Assembly (NCBI GenBank): GCA_014384545.1
Contig: JACNFQ010000089.1
Location: forward strand, 5,603-69,602
Direction: 5' to 3'
From: a bacterium
Lineage (GTDB): Bacteria; UBP7; UBA6624
DNA length: 64,000 nucleotides
Part shown: positions 37,841 to 47,648 of the stretch, piece by piece
How positions within the stretch are numbered: the first letter of the stretch is position 1
Layout: each line of letters opens with the position of its first letter
Notes under the pieces: generated by a model
The model's input: only the letters and a program-made list of their open reading frames with translations
Told to the model about the DNA's origin: nothing
Databases searched by the model: none
Program-made: the position numbers and the translations under genes

Positions 37841-38727
37841 TGTTCTATCTTCCTTGAGAGTGTTAGAGGATTGTCTCCACGGTCTCCTGGACGGTAATCA
37901 AAAATGCGTCGGAAATGGCGTGACGACCAAGCTCGGATTGCTGAAACAGGTACTTTTCCTCTTTCTGTACCCAAATCAGAAAGGTCAAAACCAGACAGCC
38001 TTCCCAATCCCTGGTAGACCCAACATAGGTGCTGAAAAAAGAGATCTTCGGGACTGTAGTCACCTCGAACAAGCCCCGTCTCGGTCAGGTGGTCCCCCCC
38101 ACCATAAGTAGACGGGAAATGAGAAATAGTCTCATTTACTGGTGATGCTGAGCCAAACATCTCTAACCAATGTGCTCGTCTTTGTGGGTGGGTCATGTGG
38201 GAGAGTCTCTCTAGGTTTGTTCTTCCTAGGTCAGGTTTTTCCTTGTTCTCAAGATCAAACATCCACCGGGGTTCAACCAATAGGTCACATTCTTCGGGTT
38301 TTTCAAAAAGATCGTGCCAACTCCACTCCCAAAGAGCTTCTGGGCAATCAGGGAAGGTTATCTGATTCTCGTTACTCCTTGAAACCAAAACACGGTTGGG
38401 GTCTAGATACCCTGTAAACCGGACGCCAATAATGTGGAGGTTTTCTCTTTTAACGAGCCCATCCTTGACCAACTCCTTGATTGAACGCACCACGGCAGGG
38501 GTAGCAACAATTCCTACTTTTCCCTGAATCCCAGGAAGGTATGTAGCTAGGTTTAAGGTGGAGAAACAGTTAAAGACGAGGGATTGAACATCGTCGGGGC
38601 GGAATGCAAAACAGGGAGCCGTCGTGCCCGGGTATGGACCCACTTGATACCCAATAACGACACTCACGTAGTCTCGTTTTAGGAGACGTCTTGCCTCCCT
38701 CTGAATACTGATTCTTAGTTCGTTCAT
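37837..38727 (-). CDS. FrhB-family-like (coenzyme F420 hydrogenase/dehydrogenase beta-like) protein with Cys substitutions
   Basis: KVGIVATPAVVRSIKEL..LHIIGVRFTG parallels FrhB KLGTVAIPCQTMGIRKM..LLVGIYCMENF. The conserved Cys positions are Ala/Val here. Confidence 0.4.
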   Translation of the reverse strand: MNELRISIQREARRLLKRDYVSVVIGYQVGPYPGTTAPCFAFRPDDVQSLVFNCFSTLNLATYLPGIQGKVGIVATPAVVRSIKELVKDGLVKRENLHIIGVRFTGYLDPNRVLVSRSNENQITFPDCPEALWEWSWHDLFEKPEECDLLVEPRWMFDLENKEKPDLGRTNLERLSHMTHPQRRAHWLEMFGSASPVNETISHFPSTYGGGDHLTETGLVRGDYSPEDLFFQHLCWVYQGLGRLSGFDLSDLGTERGKVPVSAIRAWSSRHFRRIFDYRPGDRGDNPLTLSRKIEQ

Positions 38728-41072
38728 TCGTTAAAACCTAACGGTCCTAGCGCCTGAATACCCTTGCTGAACTCCTGGAGGGTTTCTCGGAGTTCTCTAA
38801 TCTGATGAGGCCCCATAAACGCTACCTTTATTCTGTTGGGTTCGATACCTGCTCCATCCATTACGCCCTCTAAGGCACGAAATCGTCTCATAGCCAAGTA
38901 GTTATCTTGGTGGAACCTACCTTCACCGAGGGGTCCTGCTAAGATGAGAACCCCATCAGCACCTCCCAAGAGTGTCTTGAGAACGAGGAGGGGGTCTAGA
39001 TGTGCCGAGGATCGAACACGTAAGAATCGATACGATGAACTGTATCCTTGTCTCTCCCTCCCCAACATCTCCAGAAGTGGATACCCGCCAAACTGCGTAG
39101 CAAAACCTGTAATCCGAGGTTTCCAGATCGTTCCCAATCCATCACTCCAAAGTGACTCTATTTCTGCAAGAGCCTTACCCATCTCCCACCCCCTTAGCTC
39201 CACATTTCTGGTGGGGCTAGCAGGAACGGATGCCCCACTCTCTGTTCCCCCCTCTCCAGCAACCCGAATGCGTTGAGACAATGTGCCCTCATTTGTCACT
39301 TCAAATTGCTCTGGAGAAACACGAGCACAATCTCGGTCATATCGACTCTCTTCTCTCGACCTAAGAATCAGTTTGTGTGGACTCCCTTTTTTTTTTCCTA
39401 AAACCCCAAGTGCTTTGGCCGCTGCCGCTTCAGCAGAAATCACTGCAGTTCGGATATCCCCGGGAGACGTGCAGTCTCCCGCCACGAAGACACCATCATT
39501 GTTCGTTGCGCAAGGATCCAATGCAGGGTGGGTTTCCTTCAAAAACCCACTCTTGTCAACCCCAACCTGAACAAGTTCTGACAACATCGCTGTTTCATCG
39601 TGAGGTACAGCCTCCGTCACTAAAACCACACCATTCGCCCTAAGGCGACGTTCGCCACCCTGCAAAATATCATGAACGACCACAACGGAACCTCCCGCCT
39701 GTGGTGAAACCTGAGAAGAGGCACCTCGAATCAGTTCCACTCCATATTCTTCAACAGCGGTCCTAAGAAACTCCCTATACCCTCTTGTGTGAGCTCGAAG
39801 ATCTTTGTAAACGACCGTACATGAACAATCGGGGTGATTCTTCTTGACCATAATCGCTTGCTTTGCTGCAATCATGAGGGGTATCTCGGTCGCATAGGGT
39901 ACCCCCTTTTGGGGATCATCACTACCAACATCTGTTAGCCAAACAAGAGACTGAGGAGCCTTCCCCCCCAAGAGTATCTCACCTTGAGTTGGTCCACCCG
40001 AAGAGAGAATTCTTTCAAATCCTTCCGCCGAAAAACTCCCCTCCGCACTCGGGTTTAGGTGCTGTAACGAAGAAGGGTCAAATCTCTTTGATCCCACAGC
40101 AAGAATGATCGCTCCCACCCTTTCGTGTACAACCTTCTCTTTTTCGTTGGGGTCAATCGCTCCCTCTTCTAAAAGGGATGTTGCCCCAGAGAGGGCACCT
40201 TTGATGTGGTCGGGGTCTACCAGAGGGTCGTCTGGTACCGCACCGGGAAAGGGGAGATAGAGAGCCGCCCTCATGGAAAGCCCCTCTTGATAACTATCTG
40301 GGATATTCTTAGGCAACGCCTCCATCGCTTTTTCCAACCCCTCCAACTTGTTCTTGTCAACGAATCTTGGTTTCTTATGAATATCCACTTCGTAGTTGCC
40401 CGGAACTCCCGATATCGAGCCCACTTCACTATAAGCATAAACCTCAATGTTTTCACTTTGGTGGCATTCCAACATCAACTGTCGCGCCAACCCTTGGGCT
40501 TCATCCAGTCGTGGCCACAGTCGATCTAACTGAACCAATCTACCCCCCAAAGAGGGTGCCCTCTCAACTAAGACCACCCCATACCCCCCTTTGGCTAGGC
40601 GAAGTGCTGCTGTCATCCCAGCGACCCCACCACCCACCACCAAAACCTGCTGTTCCACCCGAATGTGCTCACTCTCTATAGGTTTGCCTTGCTGTGTTCT
40701 CTTTACAGCTGTGCGCAAGAGTTGGAACGCTTTTTCTGTCGCTTCATCCTTATCTTCATGGACGAAGGCAACCATCTCTTTTAGGTTAACGACTTCCACA
40801 AGGTGCGGGTTGATTCCTTTACTTTCTAGTGCCGCCTTGATCGTTGCCTCTCCCCTCTCTAACGACCCCCCACCCACAACGACATACGCAAGAGCTTCTT
40901 CTTGGGCAACACGCCCCATTTCCTCTAGCCCCGCTACCGTATTGATGTCGTCATGTAGGTGAACATGGTCCACTTCTTGGAGTTCGTCCTCTAGCCGGTG
41001 AGCAATCCCTTCTAAGTCCAAGACTTCAAGGTCTCCCCCTTCTCTACTAATAAACACACCTATTTTGCTCAT
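38724..41072 (-). CDS. HdrA-like FAD flavoprotein flanked by N- and C-terminal MvhD-like domains, all lacking Fe-S cysteine ligands
   Basis: FAD fold VLVVGGGVAGMTAALRLAKGG..GGRLVQLDRLWP and NIEVYAYSEV match HdrA. The HdrA CxxCxxCxxxCP block is replaced by KLEGLEKAMEALP and DCS(I/M)C is lost. In the C-terminal MvhD-like domain, RVRSSAHLDP replaces RVPCSGRVDP and AGPLGEGRF replaces GCHPGDCHY. Confidence 0.7.
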   Translation of the reverse strand: MSKIGVFISREGGDLEVLDLEGIAHRLEDELQEVDHVHLHDDINTVAGLEEMGRVAQEEALAYVVVGGGSLERGEATIKAALESKGINPHLVEVVNLKEMVAFVHEDKDEATEKAFQLLRTAVKRTQQGKPIESEHIRVEQQVLVVGGGVAGMTAALRLAKGGYGVVLVERAPSLGGRLVQLDRLWPRLDEAQGLARQLMLECHQSENIEVYAYSEVGSISGVPGNYEVDIHKKPRFVDKNKLEGLEKAMEALPKNIPDSYQEGLSMRAALYLPFPGAVPDDPLVDPDHIKGALSGATSLLEEGAIDPNEKEKVVHERVGAIILAVGSKRFDPSSLQHLNPSAEGSFSAEGFERILSSGGPTQGEILLGGKAPQSLVWLTDVGSDDPQKGVPYATEIPLMIAAKQAIMVKKNHPDCSCTVVYKDLRAHTRGYREFLRTAVEEYGVELIRGASSQVSPQAGGSVVVVHDILQGGERRLRANGVVLVTEAVPHDETAMLSELVQVGVDKSGFLKETHPALDPCATNNDGVFVAGDCTSPGDIRTAVISAEAAAAKALGVLGKKKGSPHKLILRSREESRYDRDCARVSPEQFEVTNEGTLSQRIRVAGEGGTESGASVPASPTRNVELRGWEMGKALAEIESLWSDGLGTIWKPRITGFATQFGGYPLLEMLGRERQGYSSSYRFLRVRSSAHLDPLLVLKTLLGGADGVLILAGPLGEGRFHQDNYLAMRRFRALEGVMDGAGIEPNRIKVAFMGPHQIRELRETLQEFSKGIQALGPLGFNE

Positions 41073-41755
41073 GCTGTTACCCCTCGGTGAATAGATTGAA
41101 CCACTTTGTAAGAAATCCCCAACAGAAGGAGGATTGGGCCCGCCAAGAGAACTTGGCTAACCACATCCGGTGGTGTCAGGAGTGCTGCCATAACAAATGT
41201 CAATACAATCAAGTGCCCCGCCTTCTGTTTAAAAAAGAGTGGCGTAAGTAAGCCGATTCTAGCCAATAGCCCACAAATGACGGGCAACTCAAACGCCAAA
41301 GCCGCCCCCCCGACAATGCCTTGGACAAAACCCAACCACGCTGAGAATGTCCAAACAGGCTCCAAACCATGCGATAATCCGAACCGAAAGAGAAATCCTG
41401 AGGAGACTGGAAGAAGAACAGACCACCCAAACCAAGAACCTAATACCAACATCAGAATTGCGGGCAAAAAGACCCATTTGAGTCCTGCCACCTCTTTCTC
41501 CTTTAGCCCTGGGCGAACAAAGAGGACGATTTCTCGGACCCAAACCGGAAGAGAAAGGAGGGCACCCCCCGTCAGGGCAAGTCTCACCACAGATAGGAAT
41601 GCTTCTTGGGGTGAGAGAATGTGTAAAGAGACCTCAAACTTCTCTATGGGTATCTTGAGGGCGTCCAGTAGCACCCCTGCTTTCCACCCCACAAGAAGGG
41701 TCGCAACGAGCCAAGCAAGGAGCGACCGAATTAGCCCACCCCTCAAATCCCCCAA
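41069..41755 (-). CDS. tatC: twin-arginine translocase subunit TatC
   Basis: Six-TM protein with the conserved TPPD motif (ALLTPPDVVSQ) and a TatC-like N-terminus. Its stop overlaps the HdrA-like start (ATGA). Confidence 0.8.
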   Translation of the reverse strand: MGDLRGGLIRSLLAWLVATLLVGWKAGVLLDALKIPIEKFEVSLHILSPQEAFLSVVRLALTGGALLSLPVWVREIVLFVRPGLKEKEVAGLKWVFLPAILMLVLGSWFGWSVLLPVSSGFLFRFGLSHGLEPVWTFSAWLGFVQGIVGGAALAFELPVICGLLARIGLLTPLFFKQKAGHLIVLTFVMAALLTPPDVVSQVLLAGPILLLLGISYKVVQSIHRGVTA

Positions 41756-41793
41756 GTGCTCAACGAGTGGTCTGGGTTGGTCCTCTTTGGAGG

Positions 41794-42015
41794 TCAGGGC
41801 AAAGGTGGTTCTTCTTCTTCTACTACAGAACCGTCCTCAACGCTCTTCTTGATCTCCTTTTCCCCCTCTTTCAGCCCCCCTTTGAACTCCCCCACAGATG
41901 CCCCAATAGATCGGGCAAACTCCTTTATCTTTCCTGGACCAAAGAAGATGAGCGCCACAACCGCAATCACCACAATCTCTGTTGTTCCGAACCCTACACC
42001 CAATAGAAATGGCAT
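41794..42015 (-). CDS. tatA: twin-arginine translocase subunit TatA/E
   Basis: TM helix followed by amphipathic helix (GTTEIVVIAVVALIFFGPGKIKEFARSIG) and an acidic tail. Confidence 0.8.
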   Translation of the reverse strand: MPFLLGVGFGTTEIVVIAVVALIFFGPGKIKEFARSIGASVGEFKGGLKEGEKEIKKSVEDGSVVEEEEPPLP

Positions 42016-42044
42016 TCTTGTTCCTCCTACCCTCTTATCCTAAT

Positions 42045-43421
42045 CTAGATATGTAGTGCCCCCATATCTGTAGCCGCTAGGGCTGCTTCCTTGAGCGATT
42101 CAGATAATGTGGGGTGGGCATGAACGAGGATGCCCATATCTTCGGCATCACCCCGAAAGCCCATTGCCATTACAGCCTCTCCAATAAGTTCAGAGGCGTG
42201 TGGGGCTAAGAGATGAACGCCAAGAATCTCTCCCCCCTCTCTTGCGGCAACGACCTTTGTCATCCCCTCCGTCTCTCCCAGAGCTGTTGCTCGCCCCGAG
42301 GCGACGAGTGGAAAAACCCCCACACGGGTCTCTATTCCCTTGTCATTTGCCTCCTTCTCTGTCATCCCCACAGCCGCGAACTCGGGGTCGGTATAGACGA
42401 CTGTCGGTATGTGGTCATATTCCATTCTTGCCCTCTTGCCAGAAATCGTCTCGGCTGCAACAACACCCTCTTCGCTCGCTTTGTGGGCCAACATCGGACC
42501 AGGAACAAGATCTCCTATGGCATAGATTCCCTTTGTGGTCGTTTCCATCTCTTCGTTCACAAGAACAAACCCACGACCATCCGTTTCTACACCAAGAGCC
42601 GCTAGGTCAATCCCTCCATTCGAAGGCTTCCTCCCCACTGCAACTAGGACATAGTCCACTTCAACAACCCCCTCCTCTTCTCCACTTCTCCAACTTAGTT
42701 CTGCCCCTTTTTCTCCCACTTTGACCCCTGTCGCCCCCGTCCCTGTCCTTATCTGCATTCCCCCTTTTAGCAGTCTCTTTCTAAGGGCTCTTGCTAATTC
42801 CTTGTCCATTGTAGGGAGTATTTCATCCTCCCACTCAAAAAGGGTCACTTTCGTTCCTGCTCTATGATAAACAGAACCCAACTCCAACCCGATTGCCCCT
42901 CCGCCAATCACAGCAAGTCTTTGGGGCACTTCTTTCAGTTCAAGAGCAACCGTAGAGTCAATCACCCTCTTGTTACCGAAGGGAACTGCGGGCAATGCCA
43001 TGGGTGTGGATCCTGTAGCCAAGACGATTGTCCGGGTTGAAAGTCTCTCTTCTCCCACAACGACCGAACCCGGCGCTGGAATCGTTGCTGTTCCTCTAAT
43101 GACAACGACTCCCGCTTTTTTCAAGAGATGCCCCACACCACCAGATAACTTGGCAACGACCTTCGCCCGTCTCTTTTGTAATATGGTCCAATCTAGAGAA
43201 AGTCCTTTAGAGATGATTCCGTGTTTTCCGCCCTCCATTGCCCTCTGAAAAATCTCCGTAGTATCAAGAAGAGTCTTGCTGGGGATACAACCGGTATTCA
43301 AACAGACCCCACCCAGTTTCTCTCTTTCCACGAGGGCTGTCTTAAGCCCCAACTGTGCCGCCCGCAGAGCGGAGACATACCCCCCCGGACCGCCCCCCAC
43401 AATCGTGATGTCGTACGTCAA
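42045..43421 (-). CDS. lpd: dihydrolipoyl dehydrogenase (E3)
   Basis: GGGPGGY, redox-active disulfide GVCLNTGCIPSK, and the C-terminal HAHPTLSE. Confidence 0.9.
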   Translation of the reverse strand: MTYDITIVGGGPGGYVSALRAAQLGLKTALVEREKLGGVCLNTGCIPSKTLLDTTEIFQRAMEGGKHGIISKGLSLDWTILQKRRAKVVAKLSGGVGHLLKKAGVVVIRGTATIPAPGSVVVGEERLSTRTIVLATGSTPMALPAVPFGNKRVIDSTVALELKEVPQRLAVIGGGAIGLELGSVYHRAGTKVTLFEWEDEILPTMDKELARALRKRLLKGGMQIRTGTGATGVKVGEKGAELSWRSGEEEGVVEVDYVLVAVGRKPSNGGIDLAALGVETDGRGFVLVNEEMETTTKGIYAIGDLVPGPMLAHKASEEGVVAAETISGKRARMEYDHIPTVVYTDPEFAAVGMTEKEANDKGIETRVGVFPLVASGRATALGETEGMTKVVAAREGGEILGVHLLAPHASELIGEAVMAMGFRGDAEDMGILVHAHPTLSESLKEAALAATDMGALHI

Positions 43422-44662
43422 CGCAATGGCCCCGTGGCTAGGAATCCGGGTTGCTCCAAAATCTCCTTGACCCTAATAAGAAAGTTCACAGCTCTAACAC
43501 CATCCACAATGCGGTGGTCACTGGCAAGGGAAAGGTAGACCATCGGCCTCGCCTCTATCCTGCCCCCTACAACAACGGCTCTCTCTTTGATGGTATGTAT
43601 GCCTAGGATGGCGACTTGGGGTTGGTTGATAATGGGGCTGGAAAAGAGAGGACCTCCAAACATCCCCGCATTCGTAATCGTGAATGTTCCCCCTGTAATC
43701 TCATCTAGGGTTAGTTTCCCCTCTCGCGCTCTATGAGACAGTCTGTTTATCTCTTGGGATAATCCCAATAGGTCATAGTGATCTGCATCCTTAACGACAG
43801 GAACGATTAGGTCTCCCCCCACACTCGCTGCCATCCCAATATCTCTCCCACCATGGAAAACGATTTCATCCCCCTCCACCGATGCGTTGAGACGCGGAAA
43901 CTCTTGTAGCGCTTTTGCAGCTGCTCGGACAAAAAAGGGCATCAATGTCAATCGAATGCCTTCTTTTTCGTTCTTCTTCTTCAGTCTATTGTAGATAGCG
44001 AGCGTTCCACTGATATCCGCTTCGTCCACGATGTGGAAATGGGGACTTGTAGCTACCGATGAAACCATATGTTTCGCCATCGCTTTGACGGGGTTGGTCA
44101 TCTTTTCTCGGTAGGTCTCATTGGGTCGCTCCGTTTCGCCACCTCCAACGCTTTTTTCTACATCGGATAACATCACTCGACCCTTCGAACCGCTACCCCT
44201 TATCAAGCGAATCTCTACCCCCATTTCTGTAGCTCTCTTGCGGGCAGCAGGGCTTGAAAGAACCCGTCCTCCTTTTGTTGGGGCACTTGGGTCTCTTCCT
44301 TTCCTTTCTCTTTTCTTCGTGGTTGGTCTCGCTTTCTCCTTCTTACCTTCGCCTTCTTCTTTTGGGGGGTCTTCTTCCTCTTTGCCTGCCCAAACTTGAG
44401 CTTCTTTTTGGGTCAGTCGCTCTCCCTTGAGTGAAATAACCCCAATCGTAGAGCCGACCTTGACGACATCCCCCTCAATAGCAAAAAGTGCTGCAATCTC
44501 TCCCGCTTTGAAGGCAGTAAGCTCCTGTGTAATCTTGTCTGTTTCCAACTCGCCAATAGGCTCATCTCTTGTGACGGTATCTCCGACGCCTTTTTTCCAT
44601 TTTCCAACGGTCGCCTCCACGACAGATTCTCCCAGTTCAGGTACGAGGATTTGGATGGGCAT
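43418..44662 (-). CDS. dihydrolipoamide acyltransferase (E2) of a 2-oxoacid dehydrogenase complex
   Basis: Lipoyl domain (ELETDKITQEL), E3-binding domain, catalytic DHRIVDG. Confidence 0.9.
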   Translation of the reverse strand: MPIQILVPELGESVVEATVGKWKKGVGDTVTRDEPIGELETDKITQELTAFKAGEIAALFAIEGDVVKVGSTIGVISLKGERLTQKEAQVWAGKEEEDPPKEEGEGKKEKARPTTKKRERKGRDPSAPTKGGRVLSSPAARKRATEMGVEIRLIRGSGSKGRVMLSDVEKSVGGGETERPNETYREKMTNPVKAMAKHMVSSVATSPHFHIVDEADISGTLAIYNRLKKKNEKEGIRLTLMPFFVRAAAKALQEFPRLNASVEGDEIVFHGGRDIGMAASVGGDLIVPVVKDADHYDLLGLSQEINRLSHRAREGKLTLDEITGGTFTITNAGMFGGPLFSSPIINQPQVAILGIHTIKERAVVVGGRIEARPMVYLSLASDHRIVDGVRAVNFLIRVKEILEQPGFLATGPLR

Positions 44663-45720
44663 TAGTCGTTTTCCATAGCCCCTTTTGCCGCCTTTAGTAT
44701 CGTCTCAACACTGGGAAGATACGCTTTTTCCATCGCAGGATCAAAGGGGTATGGTGTATCCGGCGCAGAGATCATTCGGATAGGGGAAAGTAAATTCCAG
44801 AATGCACCCTCTTGCACGCGGGCTGCTATCTCGCTAGAAAACCCATATGAAGAGTGACTCTCACTAATAACGACACATCTTCCCGTCTTACAAACCGAGT
44901 TCACAATCGTATCCAAATCAAGGGGCCAAAGGGTTCTTGGGTCTATCACCTCAACCGAAACTCCCTCTTTTTGGAGTATTCTCGTTGCCTCCATCGCTCG
45001 AATGAGCATATTTCCATAGGCGACAAAGGTGATGTCTGAACCCGATTGGTGAATGCGTGCTTTCCCGATTGGAACCATGAAATCAGGGTCTGTAGGTGCT
45101 TCTCCCTTTACGGATCGGTAAAGTTTCTTATGTTCTATAAAGAGGACGGGGTCGTCACACCGAATCGCCGTTCTAAGTAGTCCAGCAGCATCCTCCACTG
45201 TGCTGGGGGTCATCACAATGAGTCCTGCCGCATGACAGAACCAAGCCTCGTTGCTTTGGCTATGGGTAATGCCTCCACCAATATCCCCGCCAAACGGTGT
45301 CCGTATCGTCAGCGGACAACACCAAGAACCATTCGTTTTGAACGACATCACACCTGCTTGGTTGACGATATGCCCCATGGCACAATCGATAAAATCCATG
45401 AACTGGATTTCGGCAATGGGTCTATACCCCGCTATCGCAGAGCCAATTGCTCCCCCAATGATAGCGTTTTCTGCCAAGGGTGCGTCCAAGACACGCAAGG
45501 GACCAAACCGATCGTACATCTTCTCAGATTGGTCAGGTGAGCCATCCTCTTGACTTTTCCAGGCTGTTGCTTTGAAGACTCCACCATAACGACCACAGTC
45601 CTGCCCCAAGACAAAGACTTTTTCGTCCCTCTCCATCTCCGACCACATTGTGTCGGTAATCGCTTGGATAAGGGTCATTTCAGCCATCTCTTTTCTCCCA
45701 CTCTCTCCGTACCACCTCAT
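44662..45720 (-). CDS. 2-oxoacid dehydrogenase E1 component beta subunit
   Basis: Transketolase-like Pyr and C-terminal domains. Typical E1-beta N-terminus. Confidence 0.9.
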   Translation of the reverse strand: MRWYGESGRKEMAEMTLIQAITDTMWSEMERDEKVFVLGQDCGRYGGVFKATAWKSQEDGSPDQSEKMYDRFGPLRVLDAPLAENAIIGGAIGSAIAGYRPIAEIQFMDFIDCAMGHIVNQAGVMSFKTNGSWCCPLTIRTPFGGDIGGGITHSQSNEAWFCHAAGLIVMTPSTVEDAAGLLRTAIRCDDPVLFIEHKKLYRSVKGEAPTDPDFMVPIGKARIHQSGSDITFVAYGNMLIRAMEATRILQKEGVSVEVIDPRTLWPLDLDTIVNSVCKTGRCVVISESHSSYGFSSEIAARVQEGAFWNLLSPIRMISAPDTPYPFDPAMEKAYLPSVETILKAAKGAMEND

Positions 45721-46816
45721 TGAGAGAAGATGTCCGAAAAGTCACATCTAAGAACTGATCGGGTTGTGGATCTGTACTCTCTTCTTCAACCCAATCAATC
45801 GCTTCATCTATCTCCTCGTTTATTTCTGCCTCAATCTTCGCAACAATCTCTTCGTCCCACTCACCCCTCTCTTCCATTGTCGCTCTAAAGACGAGCAGGG
45901 GGTCCCTCTCTTTCCACTTTGCCACCTCTTCCTCGGTTCTATAGTCTGCAGGATCGATTTCTGAGTGCCCATACCATCGGTAGGTCATGCACTCAATCAA
46001 GGTGGGACCACCTCCACGCCTTGCTCGGCGAACCGCTTCGCCTACAACTCTGTTTACTTCAAAGATGTCGTTCCCATCAATCGTGATGCCTGGCATTCCA
46101 TAGGCAGCAGCCCTGTCACTCACCTTTTCAGTAGGCACATTCTCGGTAAGGTGGGCTGACTCTGCCCATAGGTTGTTCTCACAGACATAGACCACGGGTA
46201 GCTTATGAATCCCTGCAAAGTTCAGTGATTCGTGAAAGTCCCCTTTCGCAGTAGCCCCATCTCCGAAAAAAGAGAAGGCGCAGTTCATCTCGTGCCCTTC
46301 TTCTAGTGTCCAGTTCCCCGCCCAAACAATGCCCTCCTTATCCCAGTTAATCTTGACCTTTCCCTCTCTCCATGCATCCATGAGATAGGCGTATGCTGCC
46401 CCTGCTGCCAAGACCACTTGAATGGCGACGTGCCCCGTGGGAGAAACGATATCCAGTTGGGGGTCGCCAAAGTGGCAGGGGTGTTGTTGAGCCCCATCAG
46501 GGCTTTCAGCCTTTGAGTAGACTTGAGCCATCACCCTCTTTGCGGTAATTCCTCTGGCTACCATCGCTCCTAACTGCCTGTGTGAGGGAGCCAATATATC
46601 TCCCTCTCTCATATGAGTTCCTGTCCCTACGTTCGTGGCTTCTTGTCCAACAGCTGAGAAATACGTCCCCTTGAAGCGCCCTTGCCGAAAGAGTTTACGC
46701 ATTCGTTCGTCAAGGAGCCGTGTCTTGAGCATCGGTCTAAAAAGAGCGTAGCTCTCCTTACTCTTTGTGGGGTCAGTCATCCTTGGGATTCTAATTGGGG
46801 GTTCTTGGTGTCTCAA
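45680..46816 (-). CDS. 2-oxoacid dehydrogenase E1 component alpha subunit (TPP-binding)
   Basis: TPP motif GDGA..NN and the phosphorylation-loop-like YRWYGHSEID. Confidence 0.9.
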   Translation of the reverse strand: MRHQEPPIRIPRMTDPTKSKESYALFRPMLKTRLLDERMRKLFRQGRFKGTYFSAVGQEATNVGTGTHMREGDILAPSHRQLGAMVARGITAKRVMAQVYSKAESPDGAQQHPCHFGDPQLDIVSPTGHVAIQVVLAAGAAYAYLMDAWREGKVKINWDKEGIVWAGNWTLEEGHEMNCAFSFFGDGATAKGDFHESLNFAGIHKLPVVYVCENNLWAESAHLTENVPTEKVSDRAAAYGMPGITIDGNDIFEVNRVVGEAVRRARRGGGPTLIECMTYRWYGHSEIDPADYRTEEEVAKWKERDPLLVFRATMEERGEWDEEIVAKIEAEINEEIDEAIDWVEEESTDPQPDQFLDVTFRTSSLNEVVRREWEKRDG

Positions 46817-47648
46817 GTCCAGCTAGCTTCTCTGCCCGATATGAGGAACGAACGAGGGGGCCGCATAAGGCGCGCATGCCTCGTTCTTTCGCTGATTCTT
46901 CAAGAGATTTAAACCAAGAGGGTTTGTAATGTCTCACCACAGCTATTTCCCGAGGAGTGGGTTGGAGATACTGTCCAGCCGTAAACGCCCACACGCCGAC
47001 ATCTCTTAGATCATCTAGTAACTCCATCACTTCGCCCCATTCTTCTCCCATCCCTGCCACAAGTGATGATTTCGTTCGAATCCCTTCTTGGGATACCCTG
47101 TCCAGAAGATCTAACGCTCCTTGGTAGTCACCTTGTGGTCGGCGATGTGGATAGAGGCGTCTTACGGTTTCAATGTTGTGGGCAAAGACATCTACCCCTG
47201 CATGAACGATCTTCATGGGCTCCTCTTCTCTTCCGCGAAAATCTCCCACCAAGACCTCAACAAAAGGGGGGGGATCCAGTCCTTTGATTCTCTCAACAGT
47301 CTCCGCTATATGGTCCGCTCCACCGTCAGGTAGGTCATCTCTATCTACCATCGTTAGAACGACATAATTCCACCCCGCTTCTCTTACCGCCTCGGCTACC
47401 TCTCTTGGTTCGTTTCTGTCGGGGGGAAAAGGCTTTCCTTTCTGGATAGAGCAATAGGTACAACCCCGTGTACAAATCGACCCCAATACCATTATCGTAG
47501 CCGTCCCTCGCCCCCAACATGAAGGTAGATTGGGACATTGTGCCTCTTCACAAACGGTTGTCTGTTTCTTTCGGTTGAGCAACTTAGCCAATCTATCGCT
47601 TCTCTTTTCACGAACCCGTACCTTTGTCCAAGGAGGGTGTTGGCTCAT
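46791..47648 (-). CDS. lipA: lipoyl synthase
   Basis: CEEAQCPN auxiliary cluster and the radical-SAM CTRGCTYCSI motif. Confidence 0.9.
   Translation of the reverse strand: MSQHPPWTKVRVREKRSDRLAKLLNRKKQTTVCEEAQCPNLPSCWGRGTATIMVLGSICTRGCTYCSIQKGKPFPPDRNEPREVAEAVREAGWNYVVLTMVDRDDLPDGGADHIAETVERIKGLDPPPFVEVLVGDFRGREEEPMKIVHAGVDVFAHNIETVRRLYPHRRPQGDYQGALDLLDRVSQEGIRTKSSLVAGMGEEWGEVMELLDDLRDVGVWAFTAGQYLQPTPREIAVVRHYKPSWFKSLEESAKERGMRALCGPLVRSSYRAEKLAGLETPRTPN

Noticed and set aside
38640-38727. A Tat signal (ARRLLKR) at the N-terminus of the FrhB-like protein, which would explain the tatAC linkage
   Set aside because: It lacks the S/T-RRxFLK consensus context and a following hydrophobic h-region. 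None of the four Hdr-like proteins has a convincing Tat signal.
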